From the NCBI GenBank assembly GCA_013265495.1, contig MU058650.1:337394-401393 (forward strand): a stretch of DNA of 64,000 nt. Reading direction: 5' to 3'. Position numbers and translations under genes: made by a program. The notes below the pieces were generated by a model. It worked only from the letters and a program-made list of their open reading frames with translations. It had not been told where the DNA came from and searched no databases. Below are positions 52,351 to 64,000 of the stretch, piece after piece. Position 1 is the stretch's first letter. The number at the start of each line of letters is the position of its first letter. This stretch comes from Vicugna vicugna (Eukaryota).

Positions 52351-53165
52351 AGTGATATCCTTAAACACAACAGCTGATGGTGGGAAGAGACAGCCCAAGA
52401 TCAGAGAGGCTTGATAGAATTTCCCAGATTCTCAAGGTCTCATTGCCTCCAAAGAAAATGAAAAAAATAGAAAATAATTAAGTAGTTTAATTTTTTTTTA
52501 ATTTTAAGGGTTAGGTGGGTGGTTAAATTATTATGATACAACTTCAGAGAACAAAAATTACAGGCAATTTTCTCTTTTCTAAAAGGTGATTATGATAATA
52601 AGAGCTCTGCTCTTTGGAGACTGAAAGCTCTTTTCCTGTGAAAGTAGGAAAAAGCCTACCTAGAAGTGACAGCTGTCAAAACAATAAACCTGAAACATAA
52701 AACTCAGAAGCATCCCAAGATGACAGTAGTCAACTCTTCAGAGCAATATATAGCTGGCTGTGTACCAATGCAGAGGGTATACACTGAGTCTCCTCTCTGT
52801 GCACACATGAATTGGGACAGCAAGAAAGAAAGTAGCTGAGAGGATAAAAAAAAAGGAGACTCAGCGCCTCATTATTCAGCCCTTCTGTGTCTCCACCCTG
52901 CTTGTTCTCTTAGGGAGCTGGATGTTCTTTACCCATTTATAGATTCCGAAAAACAGACAGATGAAATTCAGAACCATGAAACGTGAACCCAAGCAACCTT
53001 ATTTTGTCATTAAAAAATTCAGTCTTCTCTCTTTTAACTAACCTTGATATTATAACCTTTATTTTTAAAGATTTCATTGTATGTGGCTCCAGGTCACAGG
53101 GTTTTAATTATATTAATATGCTTTCTTTTGACTTCTCTGTAAATTAGTTTAATTATCTTTTCAGC

Positions 53166-53404
53166 CAGTGTTCTCCAAATTGAGTTTTGAAATTAATTTT
53201 GGGAGTTATAAGCATCATTTTTTAATTGAAAAGAACAAAACAGAACAACACAGCACAGTATAAAATGGAAAAATACCAGATTGCTTTGTACACAATAAAG
53301 GTAAATATTGTTTCTTAAATTTTTGTCCCTGTATGCCCTGTGGGATTATAATATACATATTTTTCTTACTGCTGTTCACAAGAAAACATATTTGAAATCC
53401 AATG
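53166..53404 (+). mobile_element. MER112-like hAT MITE
   Basis: cagtgttctccaaa...aaaggtaaatattgtttc...tttcttactgctgttcac...tttgaaatccaatg. Confidence 0.65.
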
Positions 53405-53437
53405 TTTTAGGTGATATTTGAGAGTCAAGTTTTTAGC

Positions 53438-54136
53438 TGTGCCGTGGAATTGATCATGTTCCATGTTCCATGCCTGTCAGATCCTTGTGCTGCTCAGCTC
53501 TGTGGCTCCCAGGCCCACCTGTGAGTTCAGTCATAGGTGTAGTAGACAGTCCTAGAAGCTCTTAGACTCATTCTACACTGATAACCTTTCGCCTCAAGGA
53601 CATCCATGGTTTTGTTTGTTTTGTTTTGTTTTTTTACTTTTTACTCTGGAGTTTTTCTAATGTTTTGGAGTCCACTGGGGGTGAGTTAGAGCAGCCTGGA
53701 GGTGAGAGGGGTTTAATGCCCTTGAGGCAACCTTCAACCCTTATGGGTCAGAGCAAGTGAATACATGTCTTCCTTCCCCTAGACAGAGAAGTTAAGAGGC
53801 ATTCCCTATGCTTCCTGTGAAGATCCCCAGCAGACTCAAGTCCACACTGCTCAAAGGAGTGTGATTTTAAGAATATGAATGAATATATGTATATTCATGT
53901 ATGACTGAAGACTTGTGCTGTACACCAGAAATTGGCACAACATTGTAAACTGACTATAACTCAATTAAAAAAAAAAAAGGAGTGTGACTTTGAAAGGGTA
54001 ACCTTACATTGTCCTTTGCTTTTTCTCTGCCTCACTCTTCCTTTTCACTCCTGACCCTAGCGTCACCTTTCAAATAAACTACCTACACCCAAGACCTGAT
54101 CTCAGACTTTCCTTTCAAGGAATTCATGCCATAATA
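53438..54136 (+). mobile_element. ERVL LTR (LTR16-like) containing a tiny L1 insertion
   Basis: caccttTcaaataaactacctacacccaagacc...ctcagact 3' end. Confidence 0.7.
53869..53975 (+). mobile_element. ~107-bp L1 3' tip with 16-bp TSD
   Basis: TSD AAAGGAGTGTGA(T/C)TTT at 53853-53868 and 53976-53991; poly(A) tail. Confidence 0.9.
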
Positions 54137-54904
54137 TCTACATTTAAACCAGAATTATCAAGGATTAAATCTGAGAGATTCCTTATAAGTCACACGTTCT
54201 TATCATGCAACTTGCACAAGTTTTCTGTCGATGGGTCTTCTATTTGCCTTTGTAATAGCTGTGTTTCCAATGAATATACAAACTTCTAACAGTTGTACTG
54301 ATATTAAGTAGTAAATCTCTCTAAAATTCCTGAAAGGATTATGTACAGTATTCATCAAACATTTATCATGTAACTTAATATTTATGATGTAACTTAATAT
54401 TTATGGAAATATTCCAGGAAACTTTACCTGTAATTGCCACTAATAAGTAGAAATAAGAAAAATATATAGGAGGCCTGAAGATTTCTATTTGGTTTGTTTG
54501 TTTGTTTGTTTGGAAATGATGTGTTTCCTTCAATCCATTTTTATAAGTGCAGGAGAGTGAAGTTTGGGACACTGAAATGACCTAGTTGATGGCCCTTATT
54601 AGCAGGGCAGGTGGGAGGAGTTCAAGTATCTGGATGTGATGAAATGTACTCATCAATTTCACCTGCAACTCAACAGAAACTTCAGGATACTGATCTTAAA
54701 TAATACACAATATACCCTTCTTCAAAAAATTTTATAGATGGGATTTTGTGTCACATTGTTTTCTGAGTGACATTATATTCCAAAAGGATTGAAAAAAATA
54801 CCTACCAATAAAATAAATTCTCTACATAACATTAGGAATTCCTCAAAATCCACATGCAAAAATGTCACGCAAGCTATAAATAAAATTTTCTTTTAAAAAT
54901 ATGG

Positions 54905-55610
54905 TATTTAAGATAGACAGTAATAACAAGTGTTGGTGAGGATGTATACATGTTGGAACCCTCACACATTGCTGGTCAGAAGGTAAAACGGCGCAGCTGC
55001 TTTGGAAAATATTTTGGCAGTTCTTCAAAAAGTTAAACATAGAGTTACCATATGAGCCAGCACTTGTATTCCTAGGAATGTACCCAAGAGAACTGAAAAT
55101 ACATGTTCAAACGAAAGCTTATATGTGAATGTTCATAGCAGCAGGATTTACAGTAGCCCAAAAAAGTGGAAACTGAAAAGTCAAATCAATTGAATAGATA
55201 AACAAAATGTGCTATAGCCACACAATGGAATTTTATTCAGCCATAAAAATGAATGGAAGACTGATACATGCTACAACATGAATGAACCTTGAACACATTA
55301 TGCTAAGTGAAAGAAGCCAATCACACAAGGCCACATGCTGTGTTGATTCCATTTATATGAAATGTCCAGAAGAGACAAATCCACAAAGATGGAAATCCTA
55401 TAGTTTTAAGAGGCTAAGGAGAGAGAAGGCAAATGAGACATGACTGCTAATGCAGACAGTGTTTCTTTTTGAAGTATGAAAGTGTTCTGGAAAGACAGCA
55501 GTGATGGTTAAACAACTCTAAGTATACTAATTAAATATCCTAAAAACCACAGAGTTGTACACTTTAAAAAGGTGAATTTTATGGTATGGTCATTAAATAT
55601 CACTTTAAAA
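54905..55610 (+). mobile_element. L1MB-like 3' region
   Basis: aacaagtgttggtgaggatgt...aaaagttaaacatagagttaccatatg...ttgtacactttaaaaaggtgaattttatggtatg. Confidence 0.88.
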
Positions 55611-55826
55611 ACGTGATTCTAAGGTTTTAGTCTTTCTTTTACCATCACAGAAGGATATGAACAGTGAAATGCCACCGTGGAACACAGATCCCAAAGGTGC
55701 AGTCCTGTCAGTAGGTCTGTCTCACTAGGGAAGTAGGCGCTGAAAACCACATCTACTCACATGACTCAGATGACATCCAATACAGCACAGCCACATGGAA
55801 TTACCCAGTGCTAAATGTCCCAGTAA

Positions 55827-56435
55827 TGAGACAGGAGGGGAGGCGGCAGGCCACAACCATTATTAGAATAACGCAGCAATTAGAACCAAGATGATGGAAG
55901 ATTCAACTCCCAGAAGACCTGGAGCTTCATTATGCGCTTACTGTAATATATTAGCATGCTAAATGGTCCTACAGGTGCCATAACAGTTCCAAGTCTGGCC
56001 ATAAAAAGTCAGCGTGAGCAGTGGCCCAGTTCCTGGGAATACCAGCCTCTTCCTCAAAGTAGTTGTGATAACCCTCTCACTTGTAAGCATATGAAGTTAC
56101 TGAGCCCATAAAAACTAACCACACCTCGTGGTCACCCTCTCTTGCCTTCGGTGATGGCCCGCACTCTGTCTATGGAGTGTGTATCTACTTTTACTTTAAA
56201 CTAAATGCCTATGTCCTCCACCCCCATGCCTTGTGGCCTCTCTGGCCTTCTGAGATGGCCCACACTCTGCCTGTGGAGTATGCATCTCTCTGCATGAATC
56301 TACTTTCACTTTACTGTGGCTGGCTCTTGAATTCTTTCTTGCATGAAGACAAGGACCCTCACTTGGCAGGATGCATTCCAGGGACTCCCTTGACCTGGGC
56401 ACAACTATCCTCTCACACCCTATTTTCCTGTATCA
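55827..56435 (+). mobile_element. Solo ERV1 LTR, 4-bp TSD GTAA, with internal ~45-bp duplication
   Basis: tgagacagg...cctgtatca, GTAA on both sides; two copies of ctctc(t)gccttc..gatggccc.cactctg.ct.tggagt.tg. Confidence 0.9.
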
Positions 56436-56563
56436 GTAATAACAACATAATAAAATATTTCAATAAGCTATTAAAAAGCTAAAATTTTAAATTCTGATAT
56501 AGGAAAAATAAGCCCTCACTCCAATTAGAAAATACAGTACCAATTCAAATTGCATAGAAATAC

Positions 56564-57132
56564 TTCACTTAGAATGACATTCTCCAGGGACATCCATGTT
56601 GCTGCAAATGGCATTAAATTGTCATTTTTATGGCTGAGTAGTATTCCATTGCATAAATATACCACATCTTCTTTATCCAGTCATCTGTTGATGGACATTT
56701 AGGCTGTTTCCATGTCTTGGCCTTCAGAATGAAGAATGTCATTCTAAGTGAAATAAGCCAGAAAGAGAAAGAAAAATACCATATGAGATCACTCATATGT
56801 GGAATCTAAAAAAAAAGAGAACATAAATACAAAACAGAAACAGACTCATAGACATAGAATACAAACTTGTGGTTGCCAAGGGGATAGGGGGTGGGAAGGG
56901 ATAGACTGGGAGTTCAACATTTGTAGATACTGACAGGCATATGCAGAATAGATAAACAAGATTATACTGTATAGCACAGGGAAATATACACAAGATCTTG
57001 TGGTAGCTCACGGCAAAAAAAAATGTGACAATGAATATATGTATGTTCATGCATAACTGAAAAATTGTGCTCTACACTGGAATTTGACACAACATTGTAA
57101 AATGACTATAACTCAATAAAAAATGTTTTAAA
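56564..57132 (+). mobile_element. L1 3' insertion with 5' inversion (twin priming)
   Basis: Antisense L1 at 56564-~56721, then sense 3' end from ~56733; TSD AAATTgCATAgAAATAC (56547-56563) / AAATTtCATAcAAATAC (57133-57149). Confidence 0.88.
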
Positions 57133-58384
57133 AAATTTCATACAAATACAAAATGACACTACTAAAAATAAAACAAATCATGCAACATGATAAATGGTTG
57201 CCAAATAAGAATGAAATATTGAATTTATACCAATCACTCCACTACCACAATGTTTTCCAGTCAAGTAGTTTTAGCACCATAGTGGATGAAGAAAAATTTC
57301 AATGTTTTATCTTAAAAGTACCCTTAATCTGAAAGGCAGTTTCTTTTTTTTTTTTCTCCATATATTTCTTTCTTTTCCCTTGGGAAATATTTTCAAGGTA
57401 TCCCTGAATTACAAGAATAGAAACATACTTGACAGGTCTTACTTGTCAATCAAGTTGACAGGTATAAAATAAAATAAGTTATTCTGCTAAAGTTTAACTT
57501 TTAAGAATAAATTTAGCTCTGGAATTTAATTATGTGACTGTTTCTTAAATGAAAAGATGATCCCTGGTTAATTCTCTTTATGTGCCATTGCATAGCAATT
57601 AATGTTTCCTCTTTAAGGATACGATCCTGAAAGACAGGAGAACGTTGCTATGTGAAATATTTGAATAGATCAACTATTGGTACATTTTATACTTTTCACT
57701 GAAAAGATTGATACTGATAATTCTAAATATAGTTAATGGACAGAAAGGGCTAATTCTTCAATCTTTGGTAACTTTAGTGAGATTTGGAAGTAGTTTCTAG
57801 ATTCAAGATATTAAGATGTACACATATCAAAAGAAAAAGTCCACCCTATTTCTAGAAGTCTGTCAGCTTAGGCAGTAAAGAATGTCCAGGAGAACTGGAC
57901 ATGTTCAGTTTAATCAAACCCAGTTTATGAAGACTCTCTTCTGAGGTTTTATTCTCCTTTGGTTAATCTCATTCCCCTAGTCACTAGATTAAATCATGCC
58001 TCTATTCCCCTAAGGGTTTCCTTCCTGGGACTGAACCCAAGGACCTGGTTTCCCCTGTGTCTGGCTACTGACATGAATAATATGATACAGCCCAGTATCC
58101 TGAGCTCTGGTTATTAATAGACCATATGCAGGCACACATGAGAATTTTGATTTATTTAAAAAAATCTTTCTTTTTCATTTAAAATATAAAGTCAGTATTA
58201 TGTTCCCCAAATGTTCCCCAAATGCTATCATAATGGGTTTATTTATAGACTAAAATTATACAGTAAGTTGCACTTTTCTACATCTATTGAGTATCTGGTA
58301 TCAAGCATAGAGTACTGCTGTAATAGACATTTTTAGATGGAAGAGCAGCATATGAAAGTGAATAAAGAATGAATAAGTAAACAG

Positions 58385-58545
58385 GCAAACAAGTTCATAC
58401 TGTATAGCACAGGGAAATATATTCAATACCTTGTAGTTCATGGTAAAAAAGAAAGGAAAATGAATATATGTATATTCATGTATGACTGAAGCCAGAAATT
58501 GATACAACATTGTAAACTGACTATAATTCAATTAAAAAAGAAGTT
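58385..58545 (+). mobile_element. 5'-truncated L1 3' end (camelid-type)
   Basis: aaacaagttcatactgtatagcacagggaaatatattcaa...gtaaactgactataattcaattaaaaa. Confidence 0.85.
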
Positions 58546-59304
58546 AAAAAAGAAGTTATAAAAGAAAGAATGTGTGTATATATATGTGTGTGTGTGTGTG
58601 TGTATCAGGATATCATTTCCCCTATTTATTAGAATGAATATTTTGCATTAGTGTATCATTATAGTTTAATTGAAAATATTAATAAATTGCTGGTACAGTA
58701 GTGTACAAAGATAAACAAGATGTGCTCCCAGACATGTTCTTACAGTCTAGTTCATACTACACAGGGCTGTACATAAACTACTTATGTGAAAGGTATGTGT
58801 TAAATATCAACAAGTAAGTGTGACAAAAGTTATTAAATTTCCTAAGGAAGAAGTAAATAATCTATTAAAGAGAATGTAAGTGTTAGCAGTTGAGCTGTGC
58901 CAAGAAGGATGGTTAGAACAGAAAAACAAATAAACCAAAACAAATGCTAGACAAATACAACAAAGGAAACAAACGTAACAGACAAGACAAATACAAGACA
59001 AATATAACGAACAAAACAAATATAACGAACAAAGCAAAACAGCAACAGCATGGCTAGAGTAGACAGGCAGCAGTGCATAGAATAGCCACTATTCTGGTAT
59101 GTTTAGTTGGATGTAGGTTTGAAAAGGTAATTTAGGGAAAGATTAAGGATTCGGATTAGGATTTAGTCCTTTTTTTATAGGCAATGGAGAGCCAACAGAA
59201 TGGCTTTCGTGTTTTTTGGTCATAAACAGAAAGGCAGAATATGACATAGAGGGAAAAGCTTTCGAAGAAAATGACAATTTCGGAGGAAATTTTGTTAACA
59301 ACAG

Positions 59305-60052
59305 CAAGTAATACTGTATCATATACTTGGATGTTGCTAAGAGAGTACTGTCACCCCTTGGTATCTTCAGGGGACTATTTCCAGTACCCTCCCCTCTTTG
59401 AAAATAAAATCTGCACATGCTCAATTCCCTCGTTAATATGATGCACTATTTCTATACAACCTACGCATATCCCCCCATATACTTTAGATCATTGCTAGAT
59501 TACTTATATTACCTAATACAACATAAATACTGTATATATAGTTATAAATACAATGTAAATGCCACTTAAATTATTGCTGGTGCACAGCAAATTCAAGTTT
59601 TGGTTTTTGGAGCTTTCTGAAAATTTTTTTTCAAATATTTTTCTCCCATAGTTGGTTGAATCCATAGATACTGAGAGCCAACTGTAGATCTTAAGTGTTC
59701 TTATCACAAAAAAGAAATGGTAACTATCTGATGGGACGGAGGTGATAGGTAATACTATGGTGTTAATCATTTTGCAATTTTAAAAATGTATCAAATCAAC
59801 ACATTGTACACCTGGAATTTACATAATGTGTCAATTATATTTCAATAAAACTGAAAAAAAGAAGTGCTAATGGTGAAACTTTAAGGTAAGGTGGAAACAG
59901 AATGGTGCCTTGGCCACTGTTTGATGAGTTAACTTCCTGAGGAAATATTGCTTACAGCCCACAGTCAGCATATTATAGGCATTCATTTAGTTCATGTATA
60001 CCTTGAGTTAATCTTGCCTAAGGGAATTTAAACAGTTCCGTTAAACATAGTT
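59305..60052 (+). mobile_element. Composite L1 3' end, copy 2 (L1 UTR, internal MER2-type MITE at 59348-59684, extra 3' tail)
   Basis: gctaagagagTA[MITE]TAgatcttaa; tail homologous to 41650-41795. Confidence 0.88.
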
Positions 60053-60530
60053 CCCTAAAATGATAGCTTTCAAAAAAATTTTAATATTCCTCATAAAAAA
60101 AACAAGAGGCAAAGGAGAAAACATTTGAATAAAGAACCACGTTGGAGAGGGGTGTTGAAGAAAAGTTGAGATCATTCATCTTGATGTCTTCTATCATTTC
60201 ATTTAATTAGGAAAGTAAGACTCTAATGAAAATAAAAGTAGCAAGATTAAGAGACAGACTTAAAGACAGTGAAAAATATTTGCAATAGTCACAGCTAAGG
60301 ATAGTAAAATGACATCCCTGAAGATTTTAGGAACCAGTTGAGTTCAAAAGGCATGCATTTTTAGTGAATATTTAATTCCTACAATAATGTCATTTTCTCA
60401 GATAATGCTCACTAATCCCAAACTGAGAATTTTCTACTTAAGTAGAGAAGTACGATGGAAAATAAAGATAGAGGGCTGTTAGGAGCATTGTTGAGTGAGA
60501 CAGAAGACAATGGATCCCTGCTAGTTAAGG

Positions 60531-60942
60531 TGTTATGGGTTGGATTGTGTTCCCCCAACCCGACTCCCAAATTCCTATTTTTAAATCCTCATCTCCAGTA
60601 CCTCAGAATGTAACTTTACGTGGGAACAGGGTCATTGCAATTGGAATTGGTTAAGTTAAGATGAGGTCACACTGGAGTAGGGGATCCTAATAAAAGGAGA
60701 AATTAGGACACAGAGACAGACATGCATGCAGGGAGAACGCCACGTGAAGACTGCAGTTACGCTGCCACAGCAAGGAACTACTAGAAGCTAAGAAAGAGAT
60801 CCTTCCCTAGTGCTTTCAGAGGGACTTCGTGGCTTGGTCAAGGCCTTGATCTCATTTCTTAGCTTCCAGAACTATGAGACAAATTTCTGTTGTCTTAAGC
60901 CACCCAGTTTGTGGCAATTTGTTACGGTGGCATGCTAGTACA
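60531..60942 (+). mobile_element. MaLR LTR, MLT1B-like
   Basis: tgttatgggttggattgtgttccccc...ttaagccacccagtttgtggcaatttgttac...taca; near 5-bp TSD TAAGG/GAAGG. Confidence 0.88.
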
Positions 60943-63900
60943 GAAGGCAAACACAGCCAAAAGATAAATCATGGACTGAAAACCTAAAAATGGGTAAGGC
61001 TTGAAGGTCGCAGTGGTCAGAGGGAATGGTAAAACAGGAAATGTCAGAAGAACAAGAGGTGGTGGGTTAGGATTAGGATTTAGGATATCCAGAAGTCATC
61101 TTGACAGGATATTTGGAGTCAGGACCCTTGAGTTAGAACAGTTCTATGCTATGATGAGTTCTAAGGCATGGCTGTGTGTGAATTTCTGATGTGGGTTGAA
61201 CAACATGCTAACACAGAGCTATCATTTACATGACCATAAATTTTTATAATGGGTATAATTATTATTTAGAATAGCTTCTTAATAAGTTAATAGCATTTAT
61301 AATGATATTTGGGCAAGGCATGTAGAAATAATCTAACTCTAATTTCTTTGACATATCGAAGAGGAAACAAACATAAGGAATAATGAAAAATGTTCCTACC
61401 TGGAGACACATCACTACACCCTACTATTTTCAAAAACAAATACATTGTTAGAGATGATGTGGAAGAGGTGGAGAGATTCAAAAGAGTGCCCATTTATTGG
61501 TGTTTTCCCTTTTACAAGCTAACAACTGACCCAGCATAACCATAAAAAATGCTGAAGGAGAATTTGTCAACTTTGACCAAATTCTATAAGGTGCCCCAAA
61601 ATCATAATGAGAGAGGCTCTAGCAGAAGGAAGACTTGGGATATAGGGGAAAAAATGAATAGCTTTTAAAAGAATTAAAATGAAACAGTAAAAATGGTAAT
61701 ACTCTGTTAAGGACAAATGACACTCTAGAGGTCAAAATAATTGGACTTTTTGCTACAGATTTGTGCAAATTTTTCCACTTGTTTTATATAACTTCAAAAA
61801 CATCCTTTTCAAAGATACTCCTCCATCACAATGAACAGTTGCTGTTCAAAAACCTTCAAACACCTTCAAAATTATTTCTCCATCTTCTAGTTGGCCTTAA
61901 CTTCTTCATTAGTGTCCTTAGTAAATTTCAAATGTTCAGATTCCATTGCTAACTACATAGTTACATATTTTTATACTTGTTTCATGGCATGTGGAATAAC
62001 AGAGTTGTCCTCCAAATTTTCTAACTTTTGAAATCTTACAATTACCAATTACTATTCAAGACTGAATTTCCCAAGCTCCTATATGATTATCATTTTGTAA
62101 ATTGTCTCTGGTAAGTTCTGGCTAAACTAGCCAATAAAAAAAAAAAAAGAAAGAAAACCATTTTAGCCTTAGTTCAGTAAAGCCAATAAAATAAACTTAA
62201 AGTCATAGTTGTATTGCTTTACCAAACAGCAGCAGCAAATCAGAGACCATCTGGAGTCTCCACACAAATACATTTGGCTCTAGAATATGACATTCATTGG
62301 CCATTCAAACAAATGTCATAGAACTAGATAGAAACATGTTTGCCTGAGATAGTTCTTCAAATCAAAATACTAATCTACTTGAATACACTAATAACCTTTC
62401 CAGCCTAAAATCAGGAGTAGTCATTTAGGACCAGATATTTCAAGGCATAAGCAACCCATGAAGAACCAACCTTCAAAGGGAAGCTTTGACCTAATTGTTT
62501 ACGGCAGATACAGTGTGCTTGGATTTCTGATAGAATGTATATTTAGAAAAATATGGCATGATTCTGCTTCCATGGGCATGCTTTTTTAATCATAAGATGA
62601 GCACTTTCACAAACTAGAATTGAGAAAACCCCCTCAAAATTATAAACAATAATGTTTGGATATCGCTTGCTATAATAACATAGGTAAGTACTATAAAGTG
62701 ATTTCAATATAGCACCAAATGCTCCATTGCACAGAGTAGAACATTATCCTGTATCATAACTTCATAATATATATTCTCAATACTGGCTTAATGAAGCATT
62801 TCCTCTGTATTCATTATACTTTTGATAGCAAAATTAATTTCTGTCTGGAGTTGTAAAGGTGAAATATGAGCATGGGATACATTCAGTGTTTTTCAAAAGG
62901 ACATGATTCAAAATATGCAAATTTGGGGAAAAAAAGAACATGAGAAAATAAAATAAGAGAAAAGGAATGGAGACTACTACAAATTTATTTCAAGCACCAG
63001 AAGTCAGTGCATCTACTTATACACCTGGTAAATGACATAGCAGAAAAACTGGAAATATAAGAATATTGACTTGCACAGCAAAGGATTAGAGAGAAGAAAT
63101 TATACAAGTGCAAACAACAATACAAGAACTACCAATGTCAGAACCAATAAAATTATCTACTTTCTCCTACCATTTGGTTAAGTTTAATTGAATTTACTGT
63201 AAATGCATGTCTAGAACATCAAATACTTCTTCTGACTAATAAAACAGCTAGAGTTTGAGACATTTGGACTTGAATGCAGAAATTTACCAATGCTGAAGAA
63301 TGATCATGAAGAAATGAACACATAAAGTAATTCATGTGCGTATTTGGAAAATTTAAACACATATAAAACTTCAAGCTTAAAAGTAGAAAAAGCACCTTCT
63401 AAATTAACCAGTAACAATAGGTTTATGTGCAACAGTCATAATAATATTATTTTGTGTAAGTAATTCTTAGAAGCCCATGGGACAATGACAAGCACTTGTT
63501 TGAAACGGAGAGAAAAGGAAGCCTGATGACTGGCAGGGCTCGGGAGGGGCAAGGACGGGGGAAGCCAACTCACAAAGGAAGGGGAGCAGAACCAGAGGCA
63601 GAGAATGGGTCTGTGGACACGCCTGAATGAAGTAAGAAACGGGCCTCATGTTTTCTCTTTTCATGTCTGTGCCTTTTCTTAGGTAAGATTCCTGCCAAAC
63701 ATGTTGAAGTAACAAACAGAGGCTACCGACTGCTTGAAATAGCTTTCAGATAAACTAACAGTTCACACAAACAAGTTGAATGATTTCCTGATGTCTGAAA
63801 ATCTGGGTGGCTGATTGAATTTCTGACAGACTGGATTAAAGTAACCAGATGTTTTGGTATTGTGCAGACAGGATTTTGACTTAATGAAAGCCGGAAAAAA

Positions 63901-64000
63901 AAAGCACATTCGTGTTTGGCATTCCTGTTCAGCCTGCAACTCAATCATGTAGTTTTTGCACATGATAGAAATTCAGTAGATGCTTGCTGGCTGAATGATC

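Noticed and set aside
54360..59035. Short tandem duplications (19 bp at ~54362, 11 bp at ~58200, 18 bp at ~59000)
   Set aside because: Ordinary replication-slippage products.
61064..61086. Telomere-like GGGTTAGGATTAGG run
   Set aside because: Only 3-4 degenerate units inside old repeat sequence; too short for an interstitial telomeric array.

Overview
AT-rich placental-mammal genomic DNA, most likely a camelid (alpaca, llama or camel). The basis is three short tRNA-derived SINEs resembling camelid vic-1, cetartiodactyl-type L1 ends, and no Alu, Bov-A/BovB, PRE-1 or Can-SINE. I recognise no intact protein-coding gene, RNA gene or CpG-island promoter; the window reads as intergenic or deep-intronic. 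It is dense in transposon fossils: L1, L2, MIR, MER20/MER33/MER112/Tigger DNA transposons, MaLR/ERVL LTRs and about nine ERV1-type LTRs. The only ORF-track entries with recognisable homology are L1 ORF1/ORF2 remnants and a dead retroviral protease. The most notable structures are: (1) two independent copies of a composite L1 3' end carrying a MER2-type DNA-transposon MITE at the same TA in the same orientation, plus a shared extra tail; (2) an L1 5'UTR fused directly to a deleted ERV (pro, env TM, LTR), followed by L1 ORF2; (3) two twin-primed inverted L1 insertions with target-site duplications (TSDs), one skipping almost all of ORF2; (4) a perfect 206-bp tandem duplication with a templated-looking junction; (5) a candidate recursive-splice motif. 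Repeat family names come from my recall of consensus sequences and need Dfam/RepeatMasker confirmation. Many boundaries are approximate.
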